Counted from the first letter of the stretch, positions 18,883-27,919 are shown. The stretch: DNA of 64,000 nucleotides from Bryobacterales bacterium (GCA_963728965.1 CAVSMH010000010.1:212573-276572); one strand, 5' to 3'. Program-made: numbers and translations. The notes: generated by a model not told the origin, from the sequence alone.

Positions 18883-20703
18883 TTAGTTCGCGGTGGGTCT
18901 CTCCGCGTGATCGATGACCAGCACTTCGACCGGGCCTCCGCCTGGCGCGAGTTTCAGCCCGAGCTGTTCTTCGAGGGCGGTAAAGATGTCGGGGCGGTTG
19001 GGTGCGCCCGCACTTCCAAACCCCGGCAATCCTGAAGTGGCCTGGTCCGCGGCAAAACTCAGGTTGAGATCGAATTCGGCCGTGAATCCGGTTCGATCCA
19101 GGACCGGCCGGTCCAGCACCACCGCCAGCTCCCGAACAAGGTCGGCCATACGGACCTTGCTTCCTTGGATGTCCAGCAGGCCGGACCGGTTCCCGGAGAA
19201 GGGTCCCGAGACATAGCCGCAATCGACCTTCCCCGGCACGGATCGCGGAGTCGTGCCAGGTGGAAAAGAAACGCATCCAACCTCTTTCGGCGGCGGCGGC
19301 AGTCGGAAGCCGTTCCTCGCGCGGGTCAGAACATACACCGGGAGATCCCGCGTCTCCCGATGGAGCCTCAGTTTGAACCGATCGGCCAGGAGCGATTGCC
19401 ACATTTGCCAGATCTGCTTCGGATCGCTGCCAGCGGGCGGTTTGGCCTCGATATCGTAGCGCTCGGAATGGACCCAGGCCGGACCTCCGGTCACTTGCGA
19501 GGCCGGTAGCGGCAGCGTGTGGCCTGCCATAGGGTTGTCGTGGGACGCGTACGCGAAGCGGATGAGAAGCATCAGCGACGCGTTGGCGCTCATCCCCATC
19601 GGGTGCTCGAAACGTTCACTCCAGTTCGACGTGTTTCGTTGGATCGCGATCGATTGAAACGTGGGATGCGCGGCGGACTGCCCGAACACGCCGAACGTAG
19701 CGGCCGCCAGCAGGATCGCTACCGCCGCCGAGCCTGGACCCAGGCCCGCGCGGACCGCCGGCCGCGGCTGCCCCAGCACTCTCGCGATGCGGCCGGACAG
19801 GGATCCGCCATTGGCGGCCAGCGCGGTGCGGAGATGCGCCGGACGGTAGGCTTCCAACCGGGCCAGGGCGCGCGCATACGTGAGCGCATCGCCCGAGACC
19901 GATACGGCCTCATCGTCGCAGCACAGTTCGCGCTCGGCCCGAATGTGGCCCGATACCCACCACACCGCCGGGTGGTAAAACAGCAGCGCTTCGGCGGCGC
20001 TTTGCAGCAGGTTGACCAGGTAATCGTGTCGCCGGATGTGCGCCAGCTCATGCAGCAGCAGCGCCTCCACTTGTTCGGCAGGCAGCCCGGCCAGCGCCCC
20101 CACCGGCACCAGCACCACCGGGCGCAGCCAGCCGACGACCGCCGGCGCTTCGACCAGTGCGGAGACCAGCAGCCGCACTGGGCGAGCCAGGCCGAGGCGC
20201 GCGCCGAGCCTCCGCAGAGTCTCCTGCCATTCGACGGGCGCCGCCCGTACCCGCACCGACCGCATCCGTGCCGCAACCACCCAACCTCCCGCCAGCCGCG
20301 CCCAAAACACCACCGCACCGGCAAGCCAGGCCATCACCACCCAAGCCAGGAGCCGTTCTCGCTGCACGTCCAACACCACGGTACGGACGGAAGCGGGCAA
20401 AGGCGTGGTGCCGATATCGGTCTTCCAAGCGGCTGTGGGAATGTTTCGCTGGCCATAGGACGGTACCGGACTGGCGTCCCAGGGACCCATCAGCCCCCAG
20501 GTCACGAGCGGAGCCGCCATCATGGCCACCAGCGCTCCGCAGGCGAGCAGGTATCGCGCCTTCGCGTTCCTCCGGCGCGCCATCGCCCGCCGCACCGCCG
20601 CATAGGGGGCCGCAATCGTCAAGCCCTGCCAAAGGAAGTGAACCAGTGTCCAACCGAGGCGTTCCACCGATGCCGACGAAGCCAGCGTTGGCAGGACGTT
20701 CAT
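18883..20703 (-). CDS. BlaR1-like M56 membrane metalloprotease fused to a TIGR03435-type C-terminal domain
   Basis: Polytopic N-terminus with HExxH (LLHELAHIRRHDY). The C-terminal ~280 aa match the TIGR03435 pattern (LIRFAY, GGPAWV..ERYDIEAK, LLADRFKLRLHRETRDLPVYVL, LDRPVLDRTGFTAEFDLNL, EEQLGLKLAP..PVEVLVIDHAERPTAN). 4-nt overlap with the repressor gene. Confidence 0.8.
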   Translation of the reverse strand: MNVLPTLASSASVERLGWTLVHFLWQGLTIAAPYAAVRRAMARRRNAKARYLLACGALVAMMAAPLVTWGLMGPWDASPVPSYGQRNIPTAAWKTDIGTTPLPASVRTVVLDVQRERLLAWVVMAWLAGAVVFWARLAGGWVVAARMRSVRVRAAPVEWQETLRRLGARLGLARPVRLLVSALVEAPAVVGWLRPVVLVPVGALAGLPAEQVEALLLHELAHIRRHDYLVNLLQSAAEALLFYHPAVWWVSGHIRAERELCCDDEAVSVSGDALTYARALARLEAYRPAHLRTALAANGGSLSGRIARVLGQPRPAVRAGLGPGSAAVAILLAAATFGVFGQSAAHPTFQSIAIQRNTSNWSERFEHPMGMSANASLMLLIRFAYASHDNPMAGHTLPLPASQVTGGPAWVHSERYDIEAKPPAGSDPKQIWQMWQSLLADRFKLRLHRETRDLPVYVLTRARNGFRLPPPPKEVGCVSFPPGTTPRSVPGKVDCGYVSGPFSGNRSGLLDIQGSKVRMADLVRELAVVLDRPVLDRTGFTAEFDLNLSFAADQATSGLPGFGSAGAPNRPDIFTALEEQLGLKLAPGGGPVEVLVIDHAERPTAN

Positions 20704-21113
20704 GACGAGCGTCCTTTCTCTTTCGCATAGGCGTCCAGCATGGCGCGGATTTCGTTCAGTTCCTCGTCCGAGGCCGGCTGCGCCGCCAGCGCGCCCACCA
20801 CCAGGCTGCGGGCCGAACCGCCGAAAGCCCTCCTCAGCAGGTCGCCCGCTATCTGCTGCTGGGTTTGCTCTTTGGGCACGCTGGCCTCGTAGACGTGCGA
20901 TCCAAACCGTTCGCCGCGCAGGAGCAGTCCCTTTTCCTTCATCAATTGCATCTGCTTCAGCGTGGTGGTGTAGCCGTTCTCCTTACCGAGTTCCTCGTGG
21001 ACTTCCCGTACGGTCGCCATTCCCAGCCTCCACAGCACCGCCAGAATGTCCAACTCGGCGGCGGTCGGAAGGGCCAGAGGCGCCCGGTTGCGGCGGGAAG
21101 AAGCCATCTGCAT
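20700..21113 (-). CDS. BlaI/MecI/CopY-family winged-helix repressor
   Basis: ...AELDILAVLWRLGMATVREVHEELGKENGYTTTLKQMQLMKEKGLL... (Penicillinase_R fold). Located directly upstream of the BlaR1-like gene. ATG 21107 is an alternative, probably leaderless, start. Confidence 0.85.
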   Translation of the reverse strand: MQMASSRRNRAPLALPTAAELDILAVLWRLGMATVREVHEELGKENGYTTTLKQMQLMKEKGLLLRGERFGSHVYEASVPKEQTQQQIAGDLLRRAFGGSARSLVVGALAAQPASDEELNEIRAMLDAYAKEKGRSS

Positions 21114-21115
21114 CC

Positions 21116-21144
21116 ACCATACGACGATAAAAGACGTAAGTCAA
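21116..21144 (-). promoter_or_regulatory. Candidate promoter of the blaI-like operon
   Basis: On the minus strand: TTGACT (21144-21139), exactly 17 nt spacer, TATGGT (21121-21116). ATG 21113 is only 2 nt downstream and ATG 21107 is 8 nt downstream. Confidence 0.4.
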
Positions 21145-21157
21145 CGATAGAAATCGT
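21124..21157. promoter_or_regulatory. Two dyad-like operator candidates overlapping the blaI-like promoter
   Basis: Perfect dyad ACGAT-AGAA-ATCGT (21144-21157) abuts or overlaps the -35 box. A related imperfect copy ACGAT-AAAAG-ACGT (21124-21137) lies inside the spacer. The centres are 20 bp apart. Confidence 0.4.
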
Positions 21158-21216
21158 ACCGTGCGCGGACACATTGGCGAGAGCCCGGGCACAGGGCCCT
21201 CGCCACCCGCCCCCGC

Positions 21217-22554
21217 TCAGACGAACTTGTAGGTGCCCGGCACAGGCAGTGGGATATTCGGCATCGTCTCCTCATAGCCGAACGATTTGGGCATCAGGTC
21301 CTGCTTGGAGTTCATGATCTGATCCCAGGTGATCGCCATGCCCGAGTAGGCCGATTCGCGCGCCATGATGCAGGTCAGCGTGCTCTCCGCGATCGGCACG
21401 GACTGGTTGATGTACGGCCCGCGCCCGAGAATGCTGTCCACCATGTTGATGTGCTCCTGCACGTAGGGACTGATGCCCTTGGTGCCGAGGTCCGTCCCAC
21501 TGGTGTGGCCCTTCGCCCCCACAATCAGGTCGCTCACGTTGTTGTACACGCCGCGCGGATACTGCCGGCACGTGCTGCTCAGGTGGACGCCGTTGGGATA
21601 GGTGAAGTCCGAAGAGATGTGGTCGTAAATGTTGCCGTACAGCGGTTCGCGCGGACGCCACGCCGCGCCGCCGGACGCCACCACGCGCTCCGGATGCCCG
21701 CCCATTACCCAGTTCATGAAGTCGATGTTGTGAAAGTGCTGCTCCACGATCTGGTCGCCGCACAGCCAGATGAACGAATACCAGTTACGGTGCTCCCACT
21801 CCATGTCGCCCCACTTGGGATCGCGCCCCTGCGCGTGGAACACCGGACTGCTGAGGTAGTTGGAGTAGAGCGCCACCACGTCGCCCACGGCGCCGGCATG
21901 CACCTTCTCCACGGTTTCCATGTATGGCTTGTCCTCGTGGCGCTGCGCGCCGGACATCACGGTGAGTTTCTTCTCCGCGGCTTTGCGTCCCGCCGCCAGG
22001 AAGCGGCGCACGCCGGTGGCATCGGTGGCGATGGGTTTCTCGGCGAAGACATGTTTGCCCGCTTCCACTGCGGCTTCGAAGTGCATCGGGCGGTAGCCCG
22101 GCGGCGTGGTCAGCATCACGATATCGAGGTCCGAGTGAATCAGTTTCTGATAAGCATCGAAACCTACGAAATGGTGGTCCGGCTGGACCTTGATGCGCGG
22201 CTGGAGGGATTCCACCAGTTCCTGCGCGGTCATGGTCTTTGGCTGCCCGTTACGTTCCACCGTGATGCCGGCGTGGCGGCCGAGGTCGCGGGGTTCGCGC
22301 AGCCGTTTGAGCGAGCTTTCCAGGTGATCCTCGAATACGTCCGCCATGGCCACCAGTTCCACGTTCTCGTTGCCGGTGAGCATGTCCACCACTGCCTGCG
22401 TGCCGCGTCCGCCGCAACCGACGATGCCGGCGCGCAGCGTTTCCTTCCCCGCACCGCGGACCAGGTGGGGTTTGACTATGGTGAACGCGGAGGCGCCAAC
22501 CGCCGTCCGCCTCAGCAGAGACCTTCGGGATATCGGGTTCGGATTGTCTGGCAT
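21217..22554 (-). CDS. Tat-exported Gfo/Idh/MocA-family NAD(P)-dependent oxidoreductase
   Basis: Twin-arginine signal ...ISRRSLLRRTAVGASAFTIV. Rossmann motif LRAGIVGCGGRGT. Typical C-terminal alpha/beta domain. ATG 22554 (MPDNPN...) is preferred over the ORF-track TTG 22593. Confidence 0.85.
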   Translation of the reverse strand: MPDNPNPISRRSLLRRTAVGASAFTIVKPHLVRGAGKETLRAGIVGCGGRGTQAVVDMLTGNENVELVAMADVFEDHLESSLKRLREPRDLGRHAGITVERNGQPKTMTAQELVESLQPRIKVQPDHHFVGFDAYQKLIHSDLDIVMLTTPPGYRPMHFEAAVEAGKHVFAEKPIATDATGVRRFLAAGRKAAEKKLTVMSGAQRHEDKPYMETVEKVHAGAVGDVVALYSNYLSSPVFHAQGRDPKWGDMEWEHRNWYSFIWLCGDQIVEQHFHNIDFMNWVMGGHPERVVASGGAAWRPREPLYGNIYDHISSDFTYPNGVHLSSTCRQYPRGVYNNVSDLIVGAKGHTSGTDLGTKGISPYVQEHINMVDSILGRGPYINQSVPIAESTLTCIMARESAYSGMAITWDQIMNSKQDLMPKSFGYEETMPNIPLPVPGTYKFV

Positions 22555-22563
22555 GATGTTGGG

Positions 22564-22569
22564 ATCATA
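22564..22569 (-). promoter_or_regulatory. -10-like box TATGAT 9 nt upstream of ATG 22554
   Basis: Minus-strand sequence is gggagTATGATcccaacatcATG. Confidence 0.3.
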
Positions 22570-22675
22570 CTCCCTCACGGCTCTGGTTTTCAAATGGCCG
22601 GCACCGCGCCGCCTTTCGACATGCTACGACGCCTTCCGCCTGACGGAGCGTTTCCGGGGCGGAATTGCGGCGCAG

Positions 22676-22694
22676 TATGATTGGTTAGTCCAAT
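22676..22694 (+). promoter_or_regulatory. -10-like box TATGAT plus a 15-bp palindrome overlapping the GntR-family start codon (candidate auto-operator)
   Basis: TATGAT at 22676-22681. Palindrome ATTGG-TTAGT-CCAAT at 22680-22694, whose last bases are part of ATG 22693-22695. Confidence 0.35.
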
Positions 22695-23475
22695 GCCCAC
22701 GCAACGGAAGAAAGAAGACCTCACGGCGAGGCTGCTGGCGACGTTCAAGCAACTGATCTCCGAAGGCACCATCGCACCGGGTGCGCGGCTGCCCGCCGAA
22801 CGCGAAATGGCCTCGCATTTGCGCGTCAGCCGGGGCTCGCTGCGGCAGGTGCTGAAGATGCTCGAGTTGATGGGTGTTGTCTCGCAGCGCGTGGGTGACG
22901 GGACCTATCTGAATCGTGCCGCGCACTCCATCCTCGCCGAACCGATGGAGTTCCTGATCCTGCTGGATGGTATTTCCTTTGAGGAGTTGATGGACGCGCG
23001 GCTGATCGTCGAGCCGGAACTCGCCGCCCGCGCCGCGATCCATGCCACCGCCGAGGAGGCGGCGCTGTTGCGCCAATCGCTGCTTCGCATGGAGAACAGC
23101 CGCGACGATCATGCCGGGCTCATCGAGGCGGACCTCGAGTTTCACCGCACCATCTTCCAGATGGCGCAGAACCGGGTCTGCCGGCTGATGTTTTCCATCG
23201 TTCACGAATCGCTGCACGGGCTGATGGAGATCACCTCGCAGATGGTGGACCTGGAGCACACCGTGAGGCTCCACCGCCGCATTTCGACGGCCATCCGCAA
23301 ACGGGATCCTGACGAGGCCCGCGCACGGATGTTCGCCCACCTGACCGATGCCAAGGACCTGCTGATTCGCTCGCACCAGGCCCGCGCCCAAGCCCGCCTG
23401 GGCGACCGGTTTTCGCGGCTGTCGCTGACCGTGCCCGCGGCCCCAAGGGGTGCGCGGCGGGTTGTCACGTCGTGA
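22693..23475 (+). CDS. GntR/FadR-family transcriptional regulator (wHTH + FCD domain)
   Basis: LPAEREMASHLRVSRGSLRQVLKMLELMGVV is the GntR HTH signature. All-helical C-terminal FCD-like domain. ATG 22693 is preferred over the ORF-track TTG 22681. Confidence 0.85.
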   Translation: MPTQRKKEDLTARLLATFKQLISEGTIAPGARLPAEREMASHLRVSRGSLRQVLKMLELMGVVSQRVGDGTYLNRAAHSILAEPMEFLILLDGISFEELMDARLIVEPELAARAAIHATAEEAALLRQSLLRMENSRDDHAGLIEADLEFHRTIFQMAQNRVCRLMFSIVHESLHGLMEITSQMVDLEHTVRLHRRISTAIRKRDPDEARARMFAHLTDAKDLLIRSHQARAQARLGDRFSRLSLTVPAAPRGARRVVTS

Positions 23476-23486
23476 TTGCCGGCCGG

Positions 23487-24737
23487 TCAGGCGCCTGCCG
23501 TCTGGAGAGCGCGCAACCGCCGCTCGAGAAAGCGCCGCTCGCTGTCGTTGGTGGCCAGGGCGAGCGCCCTCCGATAGCTTTTCGCTGCTTCCTCGCGGGC
23601 GCCGGTGCGGCGCAACAGGTCGGCGCGGGCGGCGTGCAGCAGGTGGTAGCCGTCCAGATCGCCTCCGGCGGCGAGCACATCGATCAGGCTCAGCGCCGCC
23701 TCCGGGCCCGCCACCATCGCGACGGCCACGGCGCGGTTCAGCGACACCACCGGCGAAGGCTGCAACCGCTCGAGCAGATCGTACAGCCGGAGGATCCGGC
23801 GCCAGTCGGTATCTTCGGCCCGCGCCGCCCGGCAGTGCTCGGCCGCCAGCGCCGCCTGCACCGTGAAAGGACCGGGCTCGCCGCGCAGCGCTTCCTCGAC
23901 CAGGGGCAGGGCCTCGGCGATTTGCCGCCCGTGCCAGCGGCAGCGGTCCTGATCTTCGAGCGTCACCAGGTCGCCGGCCTCATCCAGCCGGGCCTCGCGC
24001 CGCGCATCGTGCAGCAGCATGAGGGCCAGCAGTCCGGTCGCCTCCGACGGCGGTTTGGGCGCCATCAGGTTTCGCACCAGGCGTCCCAGGCGAATGGCCT
24101 CCGCGCAGAGGTCGGTGCGGAGCAGGGAATCGCCGCGGGTGGCCGCGTAGCCTTCGTTGAAGATGAGATAGATCACCGTGAGCACTGCGTCCAGCCGGGC
24201 CGGCAGTTCGGCAAGGTCGGGCACCCGATAGGGAATCCCGGCATCGCGGATCTTGCGCTTCGCGCGTACCAGTCGCTGCGCCATTGTCGCCACCGGTACC
24301 AGAAAGGCGCGGGCGATCTCGTCGGTCTCGAGGCCGGCCAGGGTGCGCAGCGTCAAAGCAACCTGCGCCTCGAATGCCAGCGCCGGGTGGCAGCAGGTGA
24401 AGATCAGCCTCAGGCGATCGTCGGGTATCTCCGCGATGTCGTAGTCTGGCTCTTCGACGGTGTCGCCTGACGCCGCCAGGCTCTGTACCGTCTCGGCGAA
24501 TCGCACGCGGCGGCGGATGCGGTCGATGGCCTTGTGACGCGCCGTCTGGATGATCCACGCGCGCGGCAAGTCGGGCACCCCGCCGTCACGCCACTGATCG
24601 ACCGCGGCGGCGAACGCTTCCTGGGCCGCCTCTTCAGCCACTTCGAAGTCGCCGAAAAGCCCGATCAGCGTGGCCACGATGCGGCCCCACTCGGAACGAT
24701 AGACTTCTTCCACCGCCATGTCGGATTGCGAGCGCAT
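23487..24737 (-). CDS. ECF sigma factor with long C-terminal TPR-like extension (ECF42-like)
   Basis: Sigma region 2/4 blocks (VYRSEWGRIVATLIGLFGDFEVAEEAAQEAF..., ...LAGLETDEIARAFLVPVATMAQRLVRAKRKI). About 200 extra C-terminal helical residues. Divergent DGPF/YciI neighbour. ATG 24737 (MRSQSD...) is chosen as the start. Confidence 0.8.
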   Translation of the reverse strand: MRSQSDMAVEEVYRSEWGRIVATLIGLFGDFEVAEEAAQEAFAAAVDQWRDGGVPDLPRAWIIQTARHKAIDRIRRRVRFAETVQSLAASGDTVEEPDYDIAEIPDDRLRLIFTCCHPALAFEAQVALTLRTLAGLETDEIARAFLVPVATMAQRLVRAKRKIRDAGIPYRVPDLAELPARLDAVLTVIYLIFNEGYAATRGDSLLRTDLCAEAIRLGRLVRNLMAPKPPSEATGLLALMLLHDARREARLDEAGDLVTLEDQDRCRWHGRQIAEALPLVEEALRGEPGPFTVQAALAAEHCRAARAEDTDWRRILRLYDLLERLQPSPVVSLNRAVAVAMVAGPEAALSLIDVLAAGGDLDGYHLLHAARADLLRRTGAREEAAKSYRRALALATNDSERRFLERRLRALQTAGA

Positions 24738-24815
24738 GCACCGATGGTAAATAATTCTTCGGTGGGTCGTCGATCCGGTTGCCGGCATCGCGACCTACTG
24801 GTTGGAGGTATACGC

Positions 24816-25220
24816 GTGAAATATATGCTGTTGGTCTACCTGGATGAGCAGGCCCTGAACGAGAGCGAACGTGAGAAATGTTACGTCGAGTCGGCGCAAC
24901 TGGCCCAGGACCTGGCGTCAAAGGGTCAGTATTTGGCCGCTTCTCCGCTGCACCCCACCGCTACGGCGACCAGCGTCCGCATGCGCGAGAACCAGCGCCT
25001 GGTCACCGACGGCCCCTTCGCGGAGACGCGCGAGCAGTTGGGCGGCTACTTCCTGGTCGAAGCCCGCGACCTCGACGAGGCTATCGGCATTGCCGCCCGC
25101 ATCCCCGTAGCGCGTGTCGGCACGATCGAAATCCGGCCGGTGTTGGAAGTGGCGGGATTGCCGGACGACCCCGCGGCGAAACGATCCCAGGTTGCTGGTC
25201 GCGCTACCATGACCACGTAA
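24816..25220 (+). CDS. YciI-related / DGPF-domain protein
   Basis: Begins (GTG) MKYMLLVYLDE... and contains VTDGPFAETREQLGGYFLVEARDLDEAIGIAARIP. GGAGG (24804-24808) lies 7 nt upstream of GTG 24816. Confidence 0.85.
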   Translation: MKYMLLVYLDEQALNESEREKCYVESAQLAQDLASKGQYLAASPLHPTATATSVRMRENQRLVTDGPFAETREQLGGYFLVEARDLDEAIGIAARIPVARVGTIEIRPVLEVAGLPDDPAAKRSQVAGRATMTT

Positions 25221-27901
25221 TGGTCCATTGCCGCTCCTGCTCGCACGAGTCTCCGGACGACAGCCGATTCTGCTCCTGGTGCGCGGCGCCGCTGGAAGTC
25301 ACATCGGCCATGACGGCGGTCCTGCCGGCGCCCTCCTCCAGCCGGCCGCCTGTCGGAACTGTATCGCGGCTCACCAGCACGAGCGCGGTGGATGAGGGCC
25401 GGTTTCTGCCGGGAACGCTGCTGGCCGGCCGCTATCGCGTGGCGGGGCTGTTGGGCCGGGGCGGCATGGGCGAGGTGTATCGCGCCACGGACCTTACCCT
25501 GGGCCAGGCGGTGGCGCTGAAGTTCCTGCCGGAGGCGATGGCTCGCGACGACCGCGCACTGGCGCGCTTCTATAACGAAGTGCGGATCGCACGCCAGGTA
25601 ACGCACCCCAACGTGTGCCGCGTTTACGACATCGGCGAGGTGGAAGGGCTGCACTACATCTCGATGGAGTTTGTGGATGGAGAGGACCTGGCGTCGCTCT
25701 TGCGGCGCATCGGCCGCCTGCCCGCCGACAAGGCCATCGACACTGCGCGCGGCTTGTGCGCGGGGCTCGCCGCGGCGCACGAGAAGGGCGTGCTGCACCG
25801 CGACCTGAAACCGGCCAACGTGATGATCGACGGCCGTGGCCAGGTGATCATCATGGATTTCGGACTGGCCGGCCTCACCGAGCAGTTGCAGGCGGACGTG
25901 CGCAGCGGAACGCCGGCCTACATGTCCCCGGAGCAGTTGGCGGGCACCGAGGTCACCGCCAAGAGCGACATCTACGCGCTGGGCTTGCTGCTCTACGAAC
26001 TGTTCACGGGGCGGCGGGCATTCGAGGCGGCATCGCTGATGGAACTGATGCAGATGCAGGAGCGCGCTTCGCCGGCCAGCATCACTACCCTGGTGAAGGA
26101 CTTGGACCCGACGGTGGAGCGCGCGATTCTGCGCTGCCTTCAACCGGACCCGCGGCTGCGCCCCAATTCGGCGCTGGCCGTCGCGGCCGCGCTGCCTGGC
26201 GGAGATCCGCTCGCCGCCGCGCTGGCTGCGGGCGAGACGCCATCGCCCGAATTGGTGGCGGCCGCCGGAGAAACGGAGGGTTTGAAGCCGGTGCTCGCGC
26301 TGGCTTGGCTCGGAGCCGCCCTGGCCGGCATCGTTGTGATTGGCGTGTTGGGGGTGCGGTTCGGCATCACCGAACGGATTCCGCTGGACGTATCGGCCGA
26401 GGCGCTGGCGCGCGATGCACGCAACCTGCTGCGCAGTTTCGGCTACGCCCAGAAGCCCGGTGACAGCGCTTGGGGCTTGGGCTATAACGGCGAATACCTC
26501 GACTATCTGAAGCAGCACCCCGATCGCGCCTCCGCCCGCTGGAAAGATCCCGCCGCGGGAGAGCCTCCCGTGATCCGGTTCTGGTATCGCGAGAGCCCTC
26601 GCGAGATGTTGGCCGAGCGCGGCTTCAACGCCTCCATTCAGTTTGCGGACCCGCCTTTGCAAATGTCCGGTTCGGCGCGGTTGTACACCGATGCGGAGGG
26701 ACGCCTGGAGAGGCTCGAGGCCGTTCCGCCCCAGGTCGAGCCGCCACCCGCCACCGGCGCCGCCCCTTTTGACTGGACCGCGCTGTTCCGCGCCGCCGGG
26801 CTGGACCCCGCGCATTTCCACGGCACCGACCCGCAATGGACCCCGCTGGCCAACTGGGATGCTCGCTCCGCTTGGACCGGCGACGATCCACGCACCGGCG
26901 CGCCCTTGCGCGTAGAGGCGGCTTCGTGGCGCGGCAGGCCGGTGTTCTTCCGCGTGATCGGCCCGTGGACTCAGCCGGAACGTATGCAGGGCGGCTCGGG
27001 CAGATCGACGGGCCAACTTGCCGTGATGGCGGCGGTGTACACGGCGCTGATTACGGCCGTCGTGATCGCCTGGTACAACCTGCGCAACGGTAAAGGCGAC
27101 CGGAGGGGCGCGCTCAAGCTCAGCTTGCTTTATTCCGTGTCCCAGTTCGCCTCACAGTTTCTGGTGGCGCACCACACCGCCACCACGCTCGAACTGGACG
27201 TTTTCTGGAAAACACTCTCCACCGCGGCGATCAACGGGGCCGCGTTGTGGACCTTCTACCTGGCGCTCGAACCGTGGGTTCGCCGGCGCTGGCCGCAAAC
27301 CATGATTTCGTGGAGCCGCTACACCACGCAAGGCATCCGCGATCCCCTGGTCGGCCGGGAGACGCTGTATGGAGTCTTCTTCGGATGCGTTCTGGCGGGT
27401 ATGAAGCTGCTGCAACTTGGGCTGCACGGCAGCGGGGGCGAACCCGTGATGCCAAGCTTGGAGGTGTTGCTGGGAGGCCGCGCAGCCATCTCCTCCGGAC
27501 TGATTGTGATCACCGCGGCCCTTTTCGACGCGATGATCCTGTTCTTTTTCCTGTTCATCACGCGTGTGGTGTTGCGCCGCCAGTGGATCGCCGCGGCGGC
27601 ATTTGTGGTGCTCGTCGCCGCCGTCTCTTCCGCCGGGACGGCCTATCCCTGGACCGACGTGCCGGTGAACGTGCTTTTCGGCGCAATCTACGCCTTTGTG
27701 CTGCTCCGCTTCGGTCTGGTGGCCCTGATCGTGACGGACGGGATTTTCGAGATTATGCTGGGGGCCCCGCGAACCCTGGACTTCTCCTCGTGGTACGCCG
27801 GAGTGGGCGTGCTTCCCCTGGTGTTGGCAGCGAGTATCGCTTATTACGGCTTCCGAATGTCGCTTGCAGGGCGCCGCCTTTTGCGCGAGGACTTGCTGTA
27901 G
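25220..27901 (+). CDS. Ser/Thr protein kinase: N-terminal zinc ribbon, Hanks kinase domain, ectodomain and polytopic C-terminal membrane domain
   Basis: MVHCRSCSHESPDDSRFCSWCAAPL (CxxC-N12-CxxC). Kinase motifs LGRGGMGEVY, VALKFL, HRDLKPANVMID, DFGLAG and GTPAYMSPEQ. One TM helix, ~250-aa ectodomain, then at least 6 hydrophobic helices. ATG 25220 shares one base with the DGPF stop (TAATG). Confidence 0.85.
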   Translation: MVHCRSCSHESPDDSRFCSWCAAPLEVTSAMTAVLPAPSSSRPPVGTVSRLTSTSAVDEGRFLPGTLLAGRYRVAGLLGRGGMGEVYRATDLTLGQAVALKFLPEAMARDDRALARFYNEVRIARQVTHPNVCRVYDIGEVEGLHYISMEFVDGEDLASLLRRIGRLPADKAIDTARGLCAGLAAAHEKGVLHRDLKPANVMIDGRGQVIIMDFGLAGLTEQLQADVRSGTPAYMSPEQLAGTEVTAKSDIYALGLLLYELFTGRRAFEAASLMELMQMQERASPASITTLVKDLDPTVERAILRCLQPDPRLRPNSALAVAAALPGGDPLAAALAAGETPSPELVAAAGETEGLKPVLALAWLGAALAGIVVIGVLGVRFGITERIPLDVSAEALARDARNLLRSFGYAQKPGDSAWGLGYNGEYLDYLKQHPDRASARWKDPAAGEPPVIRFWYRESPREMLAERGFNASIQFADPPLQMSGSARLYTDAEGRLERLEAVPPQVEPPPATGAAPFDWTALFRAAGLDPAHFHGTDPQWTPLANWDARSAWTGDDPRTGAPLRVEAASWRGRPVFFRVIGPWTQPERMQGGSGRSTGQLAVMAAVYTALITAVVIAWYNLRNGKGDRRGALKLSLLYSVSQFASQFLVAHHTATTLELDVFWKTLSTAAINGAALWTFYLALEPWVRRRWPQTMISWSRYTTQGIRDPLVGRETLYGVFFGCVLAGMKLLQLGLHGSGGEPVMPSLEVLLGGRAAISSGLIVITAALFDAMILFFFLFITRVVLRRQWIAAAAFVVLVAAVSSAGTAYPWTDVPVNVLFGAIYAFVLLRFGLVALIVTDGIFEIMLGAPRTLDFSSWYAGVGVLPLVLAASIAYYGFRMSLAGRRLLREDLL

Positions 27902-27919
27902 CTTTCCGTTTGTAGCTTT
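27897..27919 (+). repeat. Direct repeat TGTAGCTTT x2 (14-nt period) upstream of the L,D-transpeptidase gene
   Basis: TGTAGCTTT at 27897-27905 and 27911-27919. A third partial copy TGTATGCCC lies at 27927-27935. The first copy includes the kinase stop codon. Confidence 0.2.

Noticed and set aside
24878-25219. N-terminal 114-codon extension of the kinase ORF (ORF-track start 24878)
   Set aside because: It overlaps the DGPF/YciI gene out of frame. The Zn-ribbon N-terminus starting at ATG 25220 (coupled TAATG) is the natural start.
25046-27016. 656-aa minus-strand ORF opposite the Zn-ribbon kinase
   Set aside because: It is antisense to a kinase with all Hanks motifs. Biased composition and no motifs.
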